Below are positions 26,631 to 41,707 of a DNA stretch of 64,000 bases, piece by piece (positions within the stretch are counted from its first letter, which is position 1; each line of letters opens with the position of its first letter). Below the pieces are notes generated by a model. The model was given only the letters and a program-made list of their open reading frames with translations. It did not search any database and was not told the DNA's origin. The stretch comes from Octopus vulgaris (taxonomy: Eukaryota). The stretch is from the NCBI GenBank assembly GCA_951406725.2, contig OX597817.1, forward strand, positions 163,184,001 through 163,248,000, written 5' to 3'. The position numbers and the translations under genes are program-made.

Positions 26631-27714
26631 ATATTACTAATATGGTGGTGAAGTGGCAGGATCGATAAAGTGTTAGATAGGTTGCCTCTGACTCACTGCG
26701 TTCCGAGTTCAAACCCCGCCCTCCTTGGTTAACTTGACCGTTTATCTTTCTGGTGGGGTGGGGTCGATAAAATATAATAGTTGTTCAGGACTGTGGGTTG
26801 TCGGAATTGTTAGAGCGTGTGGCAAGATCCGTTCCTGCTCTACGCATTCGGAGTTCAAATCCTGCTAATTCACTGATTAAAAAAACCAAAAGCAAACAAC
26901 AAAAATGAACTGTCAGGATTTACGACCGGCAGATAATATGAGCGATTAAAAAAGAACAAGAACAAAAACAAAAAACAAAATAAACAATGGAAATATATAT
27001 TTTTTTGGTTCGATTAGAATATCGATTGCCACCATTCACAGCAACACAGCTTATTCGTTAAACCATCAGATCCTTATTGTAATTTTTGAGAAAAAACATG
27101 CGATATAGATTGAGGCAAATCTTACATCAATTGGATTTGAAGTTAGAGCATAAATAGCCAGAAGAAATACCGAAAAACATTTTGTCCGACTTTCTAACGA
27201 TCGTGCGAAGCAATACGTTTTAAAATAACAGAGCCACCACCACCACGACCACCACCATCACCACCACCACCACCACCACAACCACCACCACCACCATCAC
27301 CACCACCACCACCACCAACAACAACAACAAAATATGCACTCACGTATACACGTATATATATATTCTTTCTTAAATAAGATTTCAGCGTTAAGCCAGGTAA
27401 TGTCGCAGAACATGTGCAGACGATTATAAACGTACATCTGTGAATATGATAATTGGTTTGAATATGTAAGCAGTTTATAAAAGATATATCCCATGAGTGA
27501 AATGCACATACGAAAATAAAAAATGTATCATTTATACAATCAGATATATCGTATTTATAAATTTAGATATCTCTTAGGGAGAACTGACTAGGATACTAAA
27601 CGATTTCTTAAACAGAAACCAAAAATATGTGAAAATTAAGAAGAAAGCAAAACGGCCTATTGACAGGATCGCTAGAGACGATGAGAAAAGCTTTGTGGTA
27701 TTCACTTACGTCAG

Positions 27715-27945
27715 GGCGGCGAGCTAGCAGAAACGTTAGCACACCGGGCGAAATGCTTACCGGTATTTCGTCTGCCACTACGTTCTGAGTTCAAATTCCG
27801 CCGAGGTCGACTTTACCTTTCATCCTTTCGGGGTCGATAATTTAAGTACCAGTGACGCACTGGGGTCGATGTGGTCGACTTAATCCGTTTGACTGTACTT
27901 GTTTGTCCCCTCTATGTTTAGCCCCTTGTGGTTAGTAAAGAAATA
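27715..27945 (+). mobile_element. SINE S2 nested in an older S2 relic
   Basis: Flanked by the 16-bp direct repeat ggtattcacttacgtc. Confidence 0.8.
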
Positions 27946-28510
27946 GGTATTCACTTACGTCTCTTTACGTCCTGAGTTCAAACTGTACCTGTGTCAACTG
28001 TAACTTTCATATGTCCGTAGTCCTTGTGGCATAAAGTTTCAATCAAGTACTCGGATCAATCTAAGCGGTAATATTCTCCCCACGTATTTGTGCCCTCGTG
28101 CCTATGGTAGAAATGATATTTATTACATTGCAAAACAAGTTTGTTCAAACTAGATTCTGATTAGCATTTTTCTACATGTTTCATTCAAATCAGAATTCAG
28201 CTACATACAATTTTATGCAGTCACATTTTAGCACTGGAGCTTACACGCTAGAGAATAACATAATTATACGGCAACGACCAATAAGTCTCACAAGCTTAAT
28301 TTCGTTGCCAATGCAACAGAAGCCATATTGTATTAACGAACAGAAGTTTTACGACGAATAACATGTTTTAATAGATTTTCATAGAATTATGATGCAAGAC
28401 TGGCATGTCTTGTAAAGCTTTTCATTAACATCTTACAATTATGTGCACATGTATAATCATATATGCGCATATATATTTTGCTTTATAGTATTTTTATAGC
28501 TAACTGGTGA

Positions 28511-28829
28511 AGGCGCGTGGCTTAGCGGTTAGGGGCATTTGGCTCATGATCGTAAGGTCGTGAGTTCAATTCCCGGCGGCGCGTTGTGTCCTTGAGCAAG
28601 ACACTTTATTTCCCGTTGCTCCAGTCCACTCAGCTGGCAAAAATGACAAGTACCTGTATTTCAAAGGGCCAGCCTTGTCACACACTCTGTCACACTGAAT
28701 CTCCCCGAGAACTACGTTAAGGGTACACGTGTTTGTGGAGTGCTCAGCCACTTGCACGTTAATTTCACGAGTAAGCTGTTCCGTTGATCGTATCAGCTGG
28801 GACCCTCGTCGTCGCAACCGACGGAGTAC
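28511..28829 (+). mobile_element. SINE S4 (full length)
   Basis: Near-identical to 16337-16652; TSD-like agctaactg. Confidence 0.85.
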
Positions 28830-29284
28830 TCCTACAGCTAACTGACAATGCTTTTAAGCGTTGTTTTATTCGTATTTTATAAAAAATATTTCTTTTGTTA
28901 TGAGCCAGATGAGGGAGCGTAGAGCTTATGATTCTTTTCAGGGTCTTTGAAGCTGGGTAGTGGTTGATTGTAGAAGAAAGAAGTTACCGTTGGTCTGGAA
29001 AGCAGACCAGAATAATGTGAACAGATTTAATCCTAAAAGCATTCAAAGGCAGCCAGATGGTAGTGTTAAACCAAGAAACGAATTAAGTCGGTCACCATAG
29101 AACGCGAATAGTCACTTCGACCAGTTTCAGGATCAATTCTATATGCCAAAATTCACTTTGAGGGTTCTATATAGTGGAGGTCGAAACTGCACCCACGTAG
29201 TGGCGAATGAAACATCTTAACACAGCTATGATTGCACCCATGTACCTTTTCAACATATCAAAATAGCTGTTTCAAAATAGGTGT

Positions 29285-29438
29285 TTCGCTTCCCAACCAC
29301 ATGGTTTCGGGCTCAGCTCCACTGCGTGGGACCTTGGGCAAGTGTCTCTTACTATAGTCTCGGGTCGACAAAAAAGCCTTGTGAGTGGATTTGGTAGACG
29401 GAAACTGAAAGAAGCCCGTCGTATATATACATACATAC

Positions 29439-29523
<85 letters not shown>

Positions 29524-29940
29524 AAGGGTGGAAAGGAACACACGAGTTGATATATATGAAAAAACAAGTAAAAAATAGAAAATGCTAAGATAATTTTATA
29601 GTGAATCTTTCAGTACCGGTTTCGGTCATTTTGAGACCTTTTCAACTGTAACGATTAAATAATTAAATTTAGAAAAATTAGAAGAAAAGTTTTTTTAAAG
29701 GAATATTTCTATAGTAGTGTTCAGATATAAGTGGCATTCTGCCTTTCTCTGACTCCCTTGTTTGCACTCCCTTGTTTTATCAACCGATGTTGGTGTGTTT
29801 ACGTCTCTGTAACTTAGCAGTTCGGCAAAAAGAGACCGATAGAATAAGTATTAAGCTTACAAAGGATAAGTACTGGGGGACTAAAGGCGGTGCTCCAGCA
29901 TGGCTGCAGTCAAATGATTGAAACAAGAAAAGAGTAAAAG
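29285..29940 (+). mobile_element. SINE S1 interrupted by a hammerhead-bearing insert
   Basis: S1 5' part to 29422, then (TA)n, a foreign insert at ~29520-29770, and the S1 3' part at 29780-29940. Confidence 0.8.
29611..29648 (-). ncRNA. Minimal type I hammerhead motif with a U3-A8 core variant
   Basis: CAG-TTGAAAA-GGTC tcaaaat GACC-GAAA-CCGG-TA-CTG. Confidence 0.6.
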
Positions 29941-29941
29941 A

Positions 29942-29972
<31 letters not shown>

Positions 29973-30369
29973 TGTATGTATGTATGTATGTATGTATGTA
30001 TGTATGTATGTATGTGTGTATGTATGTATGTACACGATGGGCATCTTTCAGTTTCCGTCTCCTAAATCTTCTAACACGGCTTTGGGGCAACTTGGAACTA
30101 TAGAAGAATAAACTTGTCCAACGTGCTACATATGGTTGGGAAGCACGATTCTTAACCACAGAGTCATGCCTGCGCCTGTTTCACATTTTGGAAAATTTTT
30201 TTCCTGAAAGTGTTTATGAATATCCAAAGCTGCATCGTTAGTTACATAATTTCCCAATGTTCTCTAAACATTTGCAGCTAAATCCACGGGGAGCACTTAA
30301 GCTTATTTGAAATTATTAATTCTGAAATTATTATATTACAGTATTACTGATAATTTCTGTTTTTTTTTT

Positions 30370-30654
30370 CTTGTTATGGTTTATGCTAATGTAATTATTT
30401 TCAAAGATATGAATTGTGAAAAAAAAAAAAAGAAAAATTCAAATAGAGACGTAATGATTATGATGACGATGATGATGATGATGATGACGACGATGACGAC
30501 GACGACGACGACGACGACGATGACATTGATGATGATAAAGACGACCACGATGTTGATATAGATGATAATGATGATGGTGATAATGACGTTAATTATGGTG
30601 ATAACGACAACGACGACTGAGTGTTGATGATGTTGGCGGTGATGTTGTTGTTGT

Positions 30655-30691
<37 letters not shown>

Positions 30692-30695
30692 AATG
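30370..30695 (+). repeat. Copy 1 of an inverted local duplication (partner 36580-36956)
   Basis: The unique sequence ttgttatggtttatgctaatgtaattattttcaaagatatgaattgtg...ttcaaatagagacgtaatgat and the GAT/GAC-rich tract recur in reverse complement. Confidence 0.8.
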
Positions 30696-30822
30696 ACGAC
30701 TCATTCTGATGACGTTTTTAATAATGACGATTATGATGATGATGATAATTATACTAGTGCTGAAGATGTGAAGCTGATAATTAAGGCAATGTCCTACACA
30801 CACATACATATACATACATATA

Positions 30823-30984
30823 GGCGTAGGAGTGGGTGTGTGGTAAGTAGCTTGCTTACCAGCCACATGGTTCTGGGTTCAGTCCCATTGCGTGGCACTT
30901 TGGGCAAGTGTCTTCTACTATAGCCTCAGGCCGACCAAAGCCTTGTGAGTGGATTTGGTAGACGGAAACTGAAAGAAGTCCGTC

Positions 30985-31036
<52 letters not shown>

Positions 31037-31254
31037 GTATATGTATGTGTGTGTATGTTTGTGTGTCTGTGTTTGTCCCTCCAACATCGCTTGACGACCG
31101 ATAGTGGTGTGTTTACGTCCCCGTAACTTAGCGGTTCGGCAAAAGAACCGATAGAATAAGTACTATGCTTCCAAAGAATAAGTCATGGGGTCAATTTGCT
31201 CGACTAAATGCGGTGCTCCATCATGGCCACAGTCAAATGACTGAAACAAATAAA

Positions 31255-31257
<3 letters not shown>
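30823..31257 (+). mobile_element. SINE S1 (full length)
   Basis: Matches 2384-2787. Confidence 0.9.
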
Positions 31258-31351
<94 letters not shown>

Positions 31352-32049
31352 TGGCAACTCATACAGAGAAAAATATGAAAGATTAGGAAGCCACAAGTTT
31401 TGGGGGATCGTACCTTACCCAAACGATACATTTTAGGGAAGAGATGCAGTATCATATGTGAATGAAAAACAGCTAAAATACGTGATAAGTACAGACTGAG
31501 CGAATAATAAAGGAAAGGAACCAAAAATGAAGGAAAAGAAAATAGTTTTATACATCAAAACTTTCCATAGGACCCACATTGTGGTCGCTCGATATGTTAG
31601 AAATATCAACCAAATGCCTCTGGAATTAAGCCCTTGATGTCTTATAGTTGGAAAGACACTTTGACAACACAGTACAAAGTATATTAACTCTGAATAGAGA
31701 TGCAGGAAGGTTAAGGGTGAAATATTTTTATTCAGAGATATGCTTGATCAGAGACGGACTGCAGCTAAACAACAACAACAACAATAACAACAAAAACAAC
31801 AGCGGCAGCAGCAACAACAACAACAACCCAAGAATAACTCAAAAATAAATATTATGATATAGAATAACTTAACCGGATTATCCGGTCAAGACAGGTTGCG
31901 TCTCCAGAAAACTGTATTGACAATATCATGAAGGAAATGGTTTTATGGCATAACCATTGCATACTATCCAACACTTGTGTGATGAACAACTTTGATACAC
32001 CCCACCACAGACATATATGTATGTATGTATATATGTATGTATGTATGTA

Positions 32050-32271
<222 letters not shown>

Positions 32272-32299
32272 TGTGTGTGTGAGTGTGTGTGTGTGTGTG

Positions 32300-32639
32300 G
32301 CACTCCGTCGTTTACGACGAAGAGGGTTCTACTTGAGCCAGCTCGTGATATTAACGTGCAAGAGACTCAGCACTCCACAGACGTAGTTCTTGGGGGAATT
32401 CAGCGTGACACAGTGTGCGACAAGGCCGACCCTTTGAAATTCAGGTACAACAGAAACAGAAAGAAAGACCGAATTTTGTAGTGAAAGGATACAACAGAGT
32501 TCGTCACCATCCCCTGCCAGAGCCTCGTAGAGCTTTGGGTGATTTCGCTCAATAGACACTCACAATACCCGGTCTGGGAATCGAAACCGCGATCCTACGA
32601 TCGCGAGTCCGCTGCCCTAACTACAAGGCCATTGCGCCT

Positions 32640-32640
<1 letters not shown>
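32300..32640 (-). mobile_element. SINE S3 head joined to an S4-type 3' part
   Basis: 32490-32640 is the reverse complement of the S3 head; 32300-32450 is the reverse complement of the S4 3' region. Confidence 0.7.
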
Positions 32641-32683
<43 letters not shown>

Positions 32684-32694
32684 GTATGTATATG

Positions 32695-32748
<54 letters not shown>

Positions 32749-34061
32749 TGAGAAAGTTGGTTTGTGAAAGCACGTAGTTGAATATATAGAAAATAGTAAA
32801 AAGTGAAAAAACTACAGAAGGCTTGTTTTAAAAGGTTAAAAAATATATATTTGAGTCAATATGTCTGAAGAATATTATAAATTTTTTTCTTACAATGACA
32901 TATATATATTAATAAGTAAAACATATGCATATATATATATATACATATATGTACATACCTACTTCTACATGTATATATACACGCATATATGAGTACAGGA
33001 CACCAAAAAAACGTCGAACTTAATGAGAAACGAAAACATAGACACAAACCCAAGGAGCTGGACATTTTTCTTAAACAACAAAAAATAGAGCACAGGACAA
33101 ATAACACAAGGAAAAAACCCCTTCTTCAGTCGCCATGGTTTCATCTACTATATATATCTATATATATATGGATATATATATAGGTATGTGTGTATATATA
33201 TATATATATGAGTATATATATATCTATTCATATATATATATGTGTGTGTGTATGTATGTATATGTATATATGTATGTATATATATGTGAATATATGTATA
33301 TATATATATATACATCTCGACATGAACGGAAAAAATAGGAAGGTAGAGAATCTAGAGGGGGATTAGCGTTTGTGGTTAGTGTAAGATCAGGCTGAGAATG
33401 GCGTGGAAGGCGAGATACATTAGAAGAATCGTGGTGATAAAAATCGGGTTGGGTAAAGTAGGCATGGATGGTATTGTATGCAACTTGAGAGCTCAGAAAT
33501 GCAGAGGCCGTTGCAGTAGCAGTAGAATAAGAATATAGAGGATCCAGCATGTCTGCGAGTCAGTAATTGTTGTTTCTTGTTGAGAGAGACGTCGTCAGTT
33601 AGTCGGATGACGTTTCGTTTTGAGCTCTCTGTAGCTGTAATTCTCTATTGGTACTGGGAAACGGTGAACATTAGACAAGAAATAATTATAAAATATCATG
33701 CAAACACGAACAAGGATCGATGTTATACGTCGGAAAACAGGCAATACAACGGAAATGGAGACAACTTGTAAATAAGCAAATAGGCCTCTGTGAGCGTGAG
33801 CCATACATTGTTTGTGTGTAAAACCTAGTATCAATATTAAATATTCCTGGCCCAATGTTGACATGTCTAGTATGTTTGGACAATTTTAGAGACTTTTCTT
33901 GCCACTGAAAACTTGGTTCTTTCTGTAGCTTGGGAATTATCTTAGCAGTATTAGTAGTAGTAATGGCAGTAATATTTACTATTGGATGCTTTATTCTACA
34001 TCCTATGTACAGCTTGTACATAGCAATACAGTATTTTAAAAGGTTATGCTTTACACAGTGG

Positions 34062-34370
34062 AGGTGCAATGGCCCAGTGGTTAGGGCAGCGGACTCGCGG
34101 TCGGAGGATCGCAGTTTCGATTCCCAGACCGGGCGTTGTGTGTGTTTATTGAGCAAAAACACGTAAAGCTCCATGAGGCTCCGGCAGGGGGTGGTGGTGA
34201 CCCTTCTTGTACTCTTTCGCCCTAACTTTCTCTCACTCTCTCTTCCTGTTTCTTGGGTAACACTGCGATGGACTGGCGTCCCGTTCAGCTGGGCGGGGGG
34301 GGGGGAACACATAGGCCACAGAAACCGTGAAACCGGGCCCATGAGCCAGGATAGGCTTGAAAAGGGCGCA
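34062..34370 (+). mobile_element. SINE S3
   Basis: tRNA-like head ggtgcaatggcccagtggttagggcagcggactcgcggtc. Confidence 0.8.
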
Positions 34371-34699
34371 TAAATGAAAAAAATGTTTTACATAGTATAT
34401 AATAGTAACAATACATTTAGCAACACAAAATTTTATGTTCACGTTATATATTTCAGATATAGAGTACATTATTGGAGTGCTTCACATTGTCAATATTCAT
34501 ATAATACATATTTCTCTCTACATCTTACAGATTTATTATCTTATAGAATTGTCTTACCATGTTTAGTTTTTAAATCATTCTAAAACCTCCTTTAGCTGTA
34601 TATTTTAGTTATTTTCGTTACATTTTCATTAGTTTTAAATTTTCTTTAAAAATACTTAAATTCCTTGTTTCGTCTTTAGTATTCCATTAACATTCTAAT

Positions 34700-35430
34700 A
34701 TTGGTTTCACATTTTGGCACAAGGCCAACAATTGCAGGTAAGAGGGTAAGTCAATTACATTGGCCCCAGTGTCCAATTGAACTTATTTTACTGACCCTGA
34801 AGTATGAAAGGCGAAGTCGACATGGCGGAATTTGAACTAAGAAAGGGAAGACAAACGAAATACCACTAAGTATTTTGCCCGGTCTGCAAAATGCTTAGGA
34901 CATTGTGAGAGGCTTTTTTTTTTCACTTTGTCCTACCCACAGTTGATCATTACTTAATATGTTTTGTATTTGTCAATATTTGATTTCGTCAAGGCGGTGA
35001 GCTGGCAGAATCGATAGCACGCCGGGCAAAATGCTTAGCGGCATTTCGTCAGTCTTAACGTTCTGTGTTCAAATTCCGCCGAGGTCGACTTCGCCTTTCA
35101 TTCTTTCGAAGTTGATAAAATGAGTGCCAGTTTAACACTAGGGTCGATGCGATCGACTTACCACCTCCCTCAAGATTGCTGGCTTTGTGTCAGAATTTGA
35201 AATCAAAATTTGATTTCTTTAAGGTGGCACGCTGGAATAATCGTTAGTACACTGAGCAAAATGCTTAGTAACATTCGTTCGTTTTTAGGTTTTGAGTTCA
35301 AATCCCGCCGAGATCGTCTTTGCCTTTCATCCTTCCGGAGTCGATGAAATGCCAGTTGAGAACTGAGATCGAGGTGATCGACTTACCCCTAACCCTCAAA
35401 TTACTGGCTTTGTACCAAAATTTGAAACAG
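34700..35430. mobile_element. Three SINE S2 monomers (34700-34885 minus; 34993-35205 and 35223-35428 plus)
   Basis: S2 cores; atttgatttc recurs at the three plus-strand junctions. Confidence 0.75.
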
Positions 35431-35709
35431 ATATTTGATTTCTTTTTCTTAATCCTAATTTCTTCAGTGCTAACTCTATTGATTCATAGTCAATTTTTAG
35501 CATCAAGACTTCCTCTCTGTTCTCTGTTTTACTACATGTAGATGAATATTCTCTAACTAATGTCCATATACACTGGAAAAGCATTTTAAGCAGACTGCAA
35601 TTCTCAGAACTTCGGTGCCCTTTTATATACTTTCCACACTTACTTAATGGACTACTTTCGCTTTATCTCAAGATGTTTGATAGCTGAAGTGTTTTTCAAG
35701 AGAATGCTT

Positions 35710-35788
<79 letters not shown>

Positions 35789-36579
35789 GTGTGTGTGTGA
35801 GTGCGCGTATATCTATAAATTATTTTGTGGGACGCTGATTCGCTCAAAGAGCTTATATGATTAAAATGTTGGTGAGTCTTGATTTAAGTTGTATTATGTA
35901 TAGCACGCTTCTGTTGTAGAACATTAATTGGTTCTTATATCTCATTTCCTTTTTTGTTCACTTTTCTACCTGTTCTTTTTATCTTTTTAAGTTCTTTATA
36001 TCCTGATAGACCTGAACTTAAGCCGATAAATACATTATTATATTCTTATAAAGCTTTGCTCTCTTCAGCAAAAAACTTTATCTTCAGATTCTGTTCAGAC
36101 GTCATGTGTAAGATTTTATTTCTAATTTATCTATCATGCACTACGAAATGCAGTTTTTTCAAGAATAGATCTACAAATTATTAATATGATCTTATACACT
36201 ATTACTTAGTATCATATATAAAATGATTTAATTCCCCTTTTCTTTAATGTGTAGTCTTCCGCTGTGTATATTTGAACTTTTCCCATTGAGAATTCTAAAG
36301 TTCACATGTCTCTCCAAACGATACCCAGTTAATTGAAAAATGAATGGAACATTCGCGAAGAAAATCTGGGTTAGATTATTCCGTTCTAACCACTATTTAT
36401 AAATTCTATGAAACTATCTTGCATTTAGATATTTCGTTGATCATCTTGAATGGAACATAATGTACAATATATCCTTCTTATCCATTCCGACGATCAATTT
36501 CTTCTCAGTGATCACCAGTATAATTTTCGCAGATCCTCATTAGAAACTTTTCCTCATACGTCACTCAGCAATTAGTCTC

Positions 36580-36956
36580 TTGTCATCATCATCATCAAAA
36601 TCACCGCCAATATCATCAACACTCGGTCGTCGTTGTCGTCATCACCATCATCATTATCACCTATATCAAATTCGTGGTCGTCTTTGTCATCATCACCGTC
36701 ATCGTCGTCGTCATCATCCTTTTCTACTCTAGGCACAAGGCTCGAAATTTTTTGGGCGGGGGCCAGTCAATTAGATCGACCCCAGTACGCAACTGGTACT
36801 TAATTTATCGACCCCCCGAAAGGATATCATCATCATCATCTTCATCATCATCGTTATCATCATCAGCGTCATGATTATCATTACGTCTCTATTTGAATTT
36901 TTTTTTTCACAATTCATATCTTTGAAAATAATTACATTAGTATAAACCATAACAAA
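36580..36956 (-). repeat. Copy 2 of the inverted duplication, with an S2 fragment inserted at ~36718-36825
   Basis: Reverse complement of 30370-30695. Confidence 0.8.
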
Positions 36957-39900
36957 AATTGCTTCACCTGACAATAAAAATTTCGACTATATTTGGGTCA
37001 GAAAGGTTTTGTTACTCTTTTTACTACTGGACTTCATGAAACCTTAACAAAAGTCTCTTTACAGAATATCAGCTAATGATAAGACTTCCTACAACCTCCA
37101 TTTCATTATTTGGTTATAGTTCAGAGCTGACTTAGCTCTCCGACACTTTTACTTCACTGCAATAGAGGTCTTCACTATCCTCTAAATAAGAAGAAATCCC
37201 ATTCAATGTTACTACAATACGTTCTCGTTTCTCAATCAGCATATCTTATTTCCCAGGCAGTCAATTATAATCAGCTGCAGGGAGTCATGAATAGAGACTT
37301 TACTATCCTGTTCATGCATCTTGTACTATAACAATACTGTTTTTTTGCATGCTTTCTTCCCAACCGCTGTCTTTCAGGAGTTGTAACTGAACCCCAATCA
37401 GCCATCTTCACGTTCAAGTTTAGGAGGTTTGAGAAGGGCATGGGCACTCATTCCTACATAGAGACGATAAATGAAGCATCAGTCAAATACTGAAGCCAGT
37501 TCTTTGTTCATTTCTCTCCCCTCTATCTCTTTCTTTCTCTCTTTCTCTCGGAATTTGCGATAGTCACCAAGACGCTGTTTTGTAAAATGAATATAATATC
37601 CGAAAGAAGACAAGAGGAAACTACATTTATATTCTTTCAGGAATATTTCACAAAGAGCACCACGTGTTCTTCATTGAAGTCATTAGAAGCCATTCGTCAA
37701 CCTGGTGGTGTATCTTTTTTTGTCTTTTTACATAATATCAACTGTCGTGTTTTTGATATTTCTATTTCGTCGACTCACATTTGATTACGTTTTCAAATGT
37801 GTTACCGGATATCCGAACCATTTACCTCATTTTTACAATTCTGTCATGTCCTTGCTACGTAACGGAAGCAAAATAAAGTGTTTGATATTACTGAGAAAAT
37901 AAAACACTGCAATAATAGCTTCTCACAGTAAGAGTAGAAATATAAATAGTTTTAAATGAATATGTTCATATCTCCTATATTGTATAGTTTGTTGTGATCT
38001 TTTCTTATCGTCGTCTAACTGTACTAATGATGTTAAATTAATTTATAAAATTGGGACTCTTCCCTAATTTGTTGTCTAAATTCATTTTATTCGTGTAGTT
38101 ATCAATGGTCTGGGATTTGGTTAGGAGTTATATTTTGTTTATCTTCAGGTATAGCAACATCTTTAATGATAAGTCTATAAGGAAACCACAATTTGGTTGC
38201 TCAAACCTTTAGAGCTGTTGCTGTAATATAAACTGAGTTAGATCTTGAAAACTTTTACTCCTTTATCATCCTTTCAATCACAAATTACCCTATTCAATAT
38301 TGCCACAATATATTCTCTCCTCTCAAATCTATAAACAAATCTTATCGACTGGCGGGATTCAAGAATTTAGAATTATATCTTCGTGTGTTTTCTTCTTGAG
38401 GGAGAAAAATATTCCTCAAATAAAACCTTGCTGTATTAAAAAACGAACGACACATCACGTGATGTAGTCCTTGATACATTAATCCGCCACTAAAAAAAGC
38501 AGAACGGGATGGTCAAAACTGGAATTCTATTGATCACTGGTAATGTCAATCAGAGCTGACCTGCGGATTAACAACGGCAGTAATAAAACTTATGAAGCAT
38601 TAATTATTTCCTTTGTCAGGTTCCCAACAATAAATATTCACCATGTCACTTTCAATTGAAAAATCTCATAATTCTTTTTATTCCTTTTCCTGAATATTTC
38701 CAATACATCGTTACTCTTGGCACAATTATAATTTCTCTATACATCTGGTATAGCTTTACATAATATCAGCTATAATCCTTCTTAGCTAAACTTTTGTAGC
38801 CACAGCTTAAGCGTGTATTAATCTCTGTCTTCACCGGACAAAGTTCATATATTTCCCCTTATATACTTTATTGATTGATTCTTATTAATTATAATACTAG
38901 AAAAAGTTTTAAGCTCTCCTGCCGGTCATTCAAATCATGTGCAGTGCAGAGGTCTGTAAAGTAACGCTGCTAGCCATAACTCAAACCTATCTAGCTTGAG
39001 GCGATTTGCGATCCTGCAGTTCTCATTTTCAGATTCCAACAACAATAATCCTTGTTTCATACATTTTGTTACACATGCATTTATGAAGGATTTAAATATG
39101 CTTCTATAGACGCGCTCTGAAAAGTTTATAGAGTCAACTGGAAGACTTAAAATTTCAGATATTTTAAAACCAATAACGTTTTAAAATTCCTATTCTGTAA
39201 CTATGCATTCAGTTTCTGTTCTTATTTGTCTTTCTATGTATTCAGTTTCTGTTCTTATTCATCTCTCATGCTATTTAAAGTGAAACCAAAGCAATTTCCT
39301 CTTTACAATGTTAAGGAGTGAAATTTAGAGAAGTGAAAGCTTAACGTGAAATATAGAAAATTGAGATCTTTGCTGTTTCCGTACAACTATTTTCTTTTTG
39401 AAAAGCATTTAAAACGATACATATTAAAAAGCGATTAAACACTCATTTATTCCCGCCCCTATTTTGCGAGATATTAAAACGATATATGCCAAGAAATGAT
39501 GACATGTATTTACTCCAGACTTATTTCAAGTTAATGAAAACTGTTTTCACGAGAAACGATGATACGATGAACGATATATCCTTAAAAAAGATTGAGAAAG
39601 AAAAACTATATATTCAAAACTGTATATATTACAAAAATAATAAAACACTTATTCGTTAAACGGTATAAATTAAAAGTGATGAAATATTTGAACCCCTCCT
39701 GCACAAAAATAAATGCAAGCTATGTATTAAAAATAGGGAATGAAAAGATGATTTTATCATTAAACTTAGAATTTCTATAAATCATCTCCCTTTTGTCAAA
39801 TATTTTCGGTCAAATAATTTTGACTGTATGTCACTACGCATGCTGTAATGGTTGCACATCTTCATCCAAGGCCTTATTTTTATCAACCCCGGAGAAATGA

Positions 39901-40542
39901 AAAGCAAAGCTGAACTCGGGAAAACACGGTTTGTGTGCAACATGTAATGATACGAAAGGCGATATTTTGTGTTATTTGTAGTTTATATTGATTTATTATG
40001 AAGGGTTTGGGGACTCAGAAAGGGTTGGCATAATCGTTGAAGGATCTAATGTATTTCTTGTACAAAAATGTCGTTGTTCCTTTATGTCGAGTCAATGTGA
40101 CGCGTGTGAGAGCTTTAAGTATGTCTATACATCGTTTTACTTTCGTATGTCTCTTTATGTGTGATACGTAAGGTGAAGACGCATGGTCTAGTGTTGCATT
40201 CGATTCCCTTAAACATTCGATAGAAGTGATTTCTATTCCCAGACCGGACAACACATTGTGCTCTTGAGCAAAAACGTAATTTCACGTTGCTCCTATCCAC
40301 TCAGCTGTAACCGTGCGACGTACTTACGTTCCATTCAAGGGGAATATTGTGATTTCGGTCACTTATATGGCATGGAAATCGGGTAACCGGTCCTATGGGC
40401 CCTAAGATTCAAAACTGTAATGTCCTGGGTTGATAGTGATGATGGTGTATGGTGTATAAGCGTTATAGGAAATGCCTGCTGCAATTTGTGTGCGTATGTA
40501 TGTATGTATGTATGTATGTATGTATGTATGTATGTATGTATG

Positions 40543-40575
<33 letters not shown>

Positions 40576-40674
40576 GACCCGTCCTTGTTTTTTTGTATCG
40601 TCTATCTGGATGTTTCGTTGTCCCTTTTTGTATCACCTAGTTGTCCGGATGTTTTGCGTTCTTGTCCCATTTTG

Positions 40675-40705
<31 letters not shown>

Positions 40706-41612
40706 AGTATGTATGTATGTATTTATGTATGTATGTATATATCTATTTCTCTATCTCTCTATGGTATATTTCTTTTGTGTGTGTGTGTATGATATATTTC
40801 TTTTGACTGTGTGTGGGGGTGTGTATAATATATTTCTGTTGATGCGTGTGTTGGTCTTTTGTACCTGTTTCTCTCGTATGTTGCTTGTAATTACTTCTAA
40901 ATCTGCTGGAAATAGGTCTTTTATGTCTGAAGTAGATTTCGAGGGCTTGTAGGAAATAGCAAGGCGAGGTAACTGTCATATCATCTAGTTTATTAAGAGG
41001 CGTATATATTTTGCGGAGGTGTAGTCAAGTTGCGAAAGTATGAGTTAGAAAGAGTGGATAAAAATATTTGTAGCGCCCCACTGAGGAAATTGCTAAATTC
41101 TAGGCATGTTATCATTTTGCATTACGCAGGCTTGGTACCCAAGAAATAGTTTGCTAACCACCATTTTGTGTTGTTTCTTAATCGGGTGTTGAATATTTTA
41201 TGTATGAGTAGTGATGAAATGAAATGCTTTGCTGGTGCGAACGGTAGTCGGGGTGGTGCACGTGCATTTTTTTTTTTCATTATCGACACCTTCATATATA
41301 TTTTGTGTAGGGTCTTTCGTTACTGATCATGGGTTTTTTCCTACAAATAAGGAGACACCAAAGTAGGTACTTGGTCCGGATTGTGTGGGAGGAAATTAAA
41401 GGTGAACATTACCTGACAGCATTGTCTGTCAAATATATGTATGTATGTTAAAAAAAAGGAGGCTGTCAGAATTTTGGATAATTCTTTATTAGCACTTTCG
41501 TTGGTTTAACCGAATTCTTAACGATAAAACCAAGATTACCTTGAATATATATATGTATATCCCTCACTCTCACTCTCTCTAATCATATATATATATTTAC
41601 ATATACCAGTGT

Positions 41613-41704
<92 letters not shown>

Positions 41705-41707
41705 ATA

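Noticed and set aside
30307-30561. Peptide MVY.NVIIFKDMNCEKK appearing twice (also 36771-36974) as duplicated exons
   Set aside because: Explained by the inverted duplication; it contains a variable poly-A and microsatellite and has no splice signals.
33224-33550. 108-aa minus-strand ORF
   Set aside because: No recognisable domain and it runs into (TA)n; more likely retroelement debris.
35830-39800. Long AT-rich non-repetitive stretch as hidden exons
   Set aside because: No convincing ORF or motif by eye; probably ancient decayed repeats, although small exons cannot be excluded.
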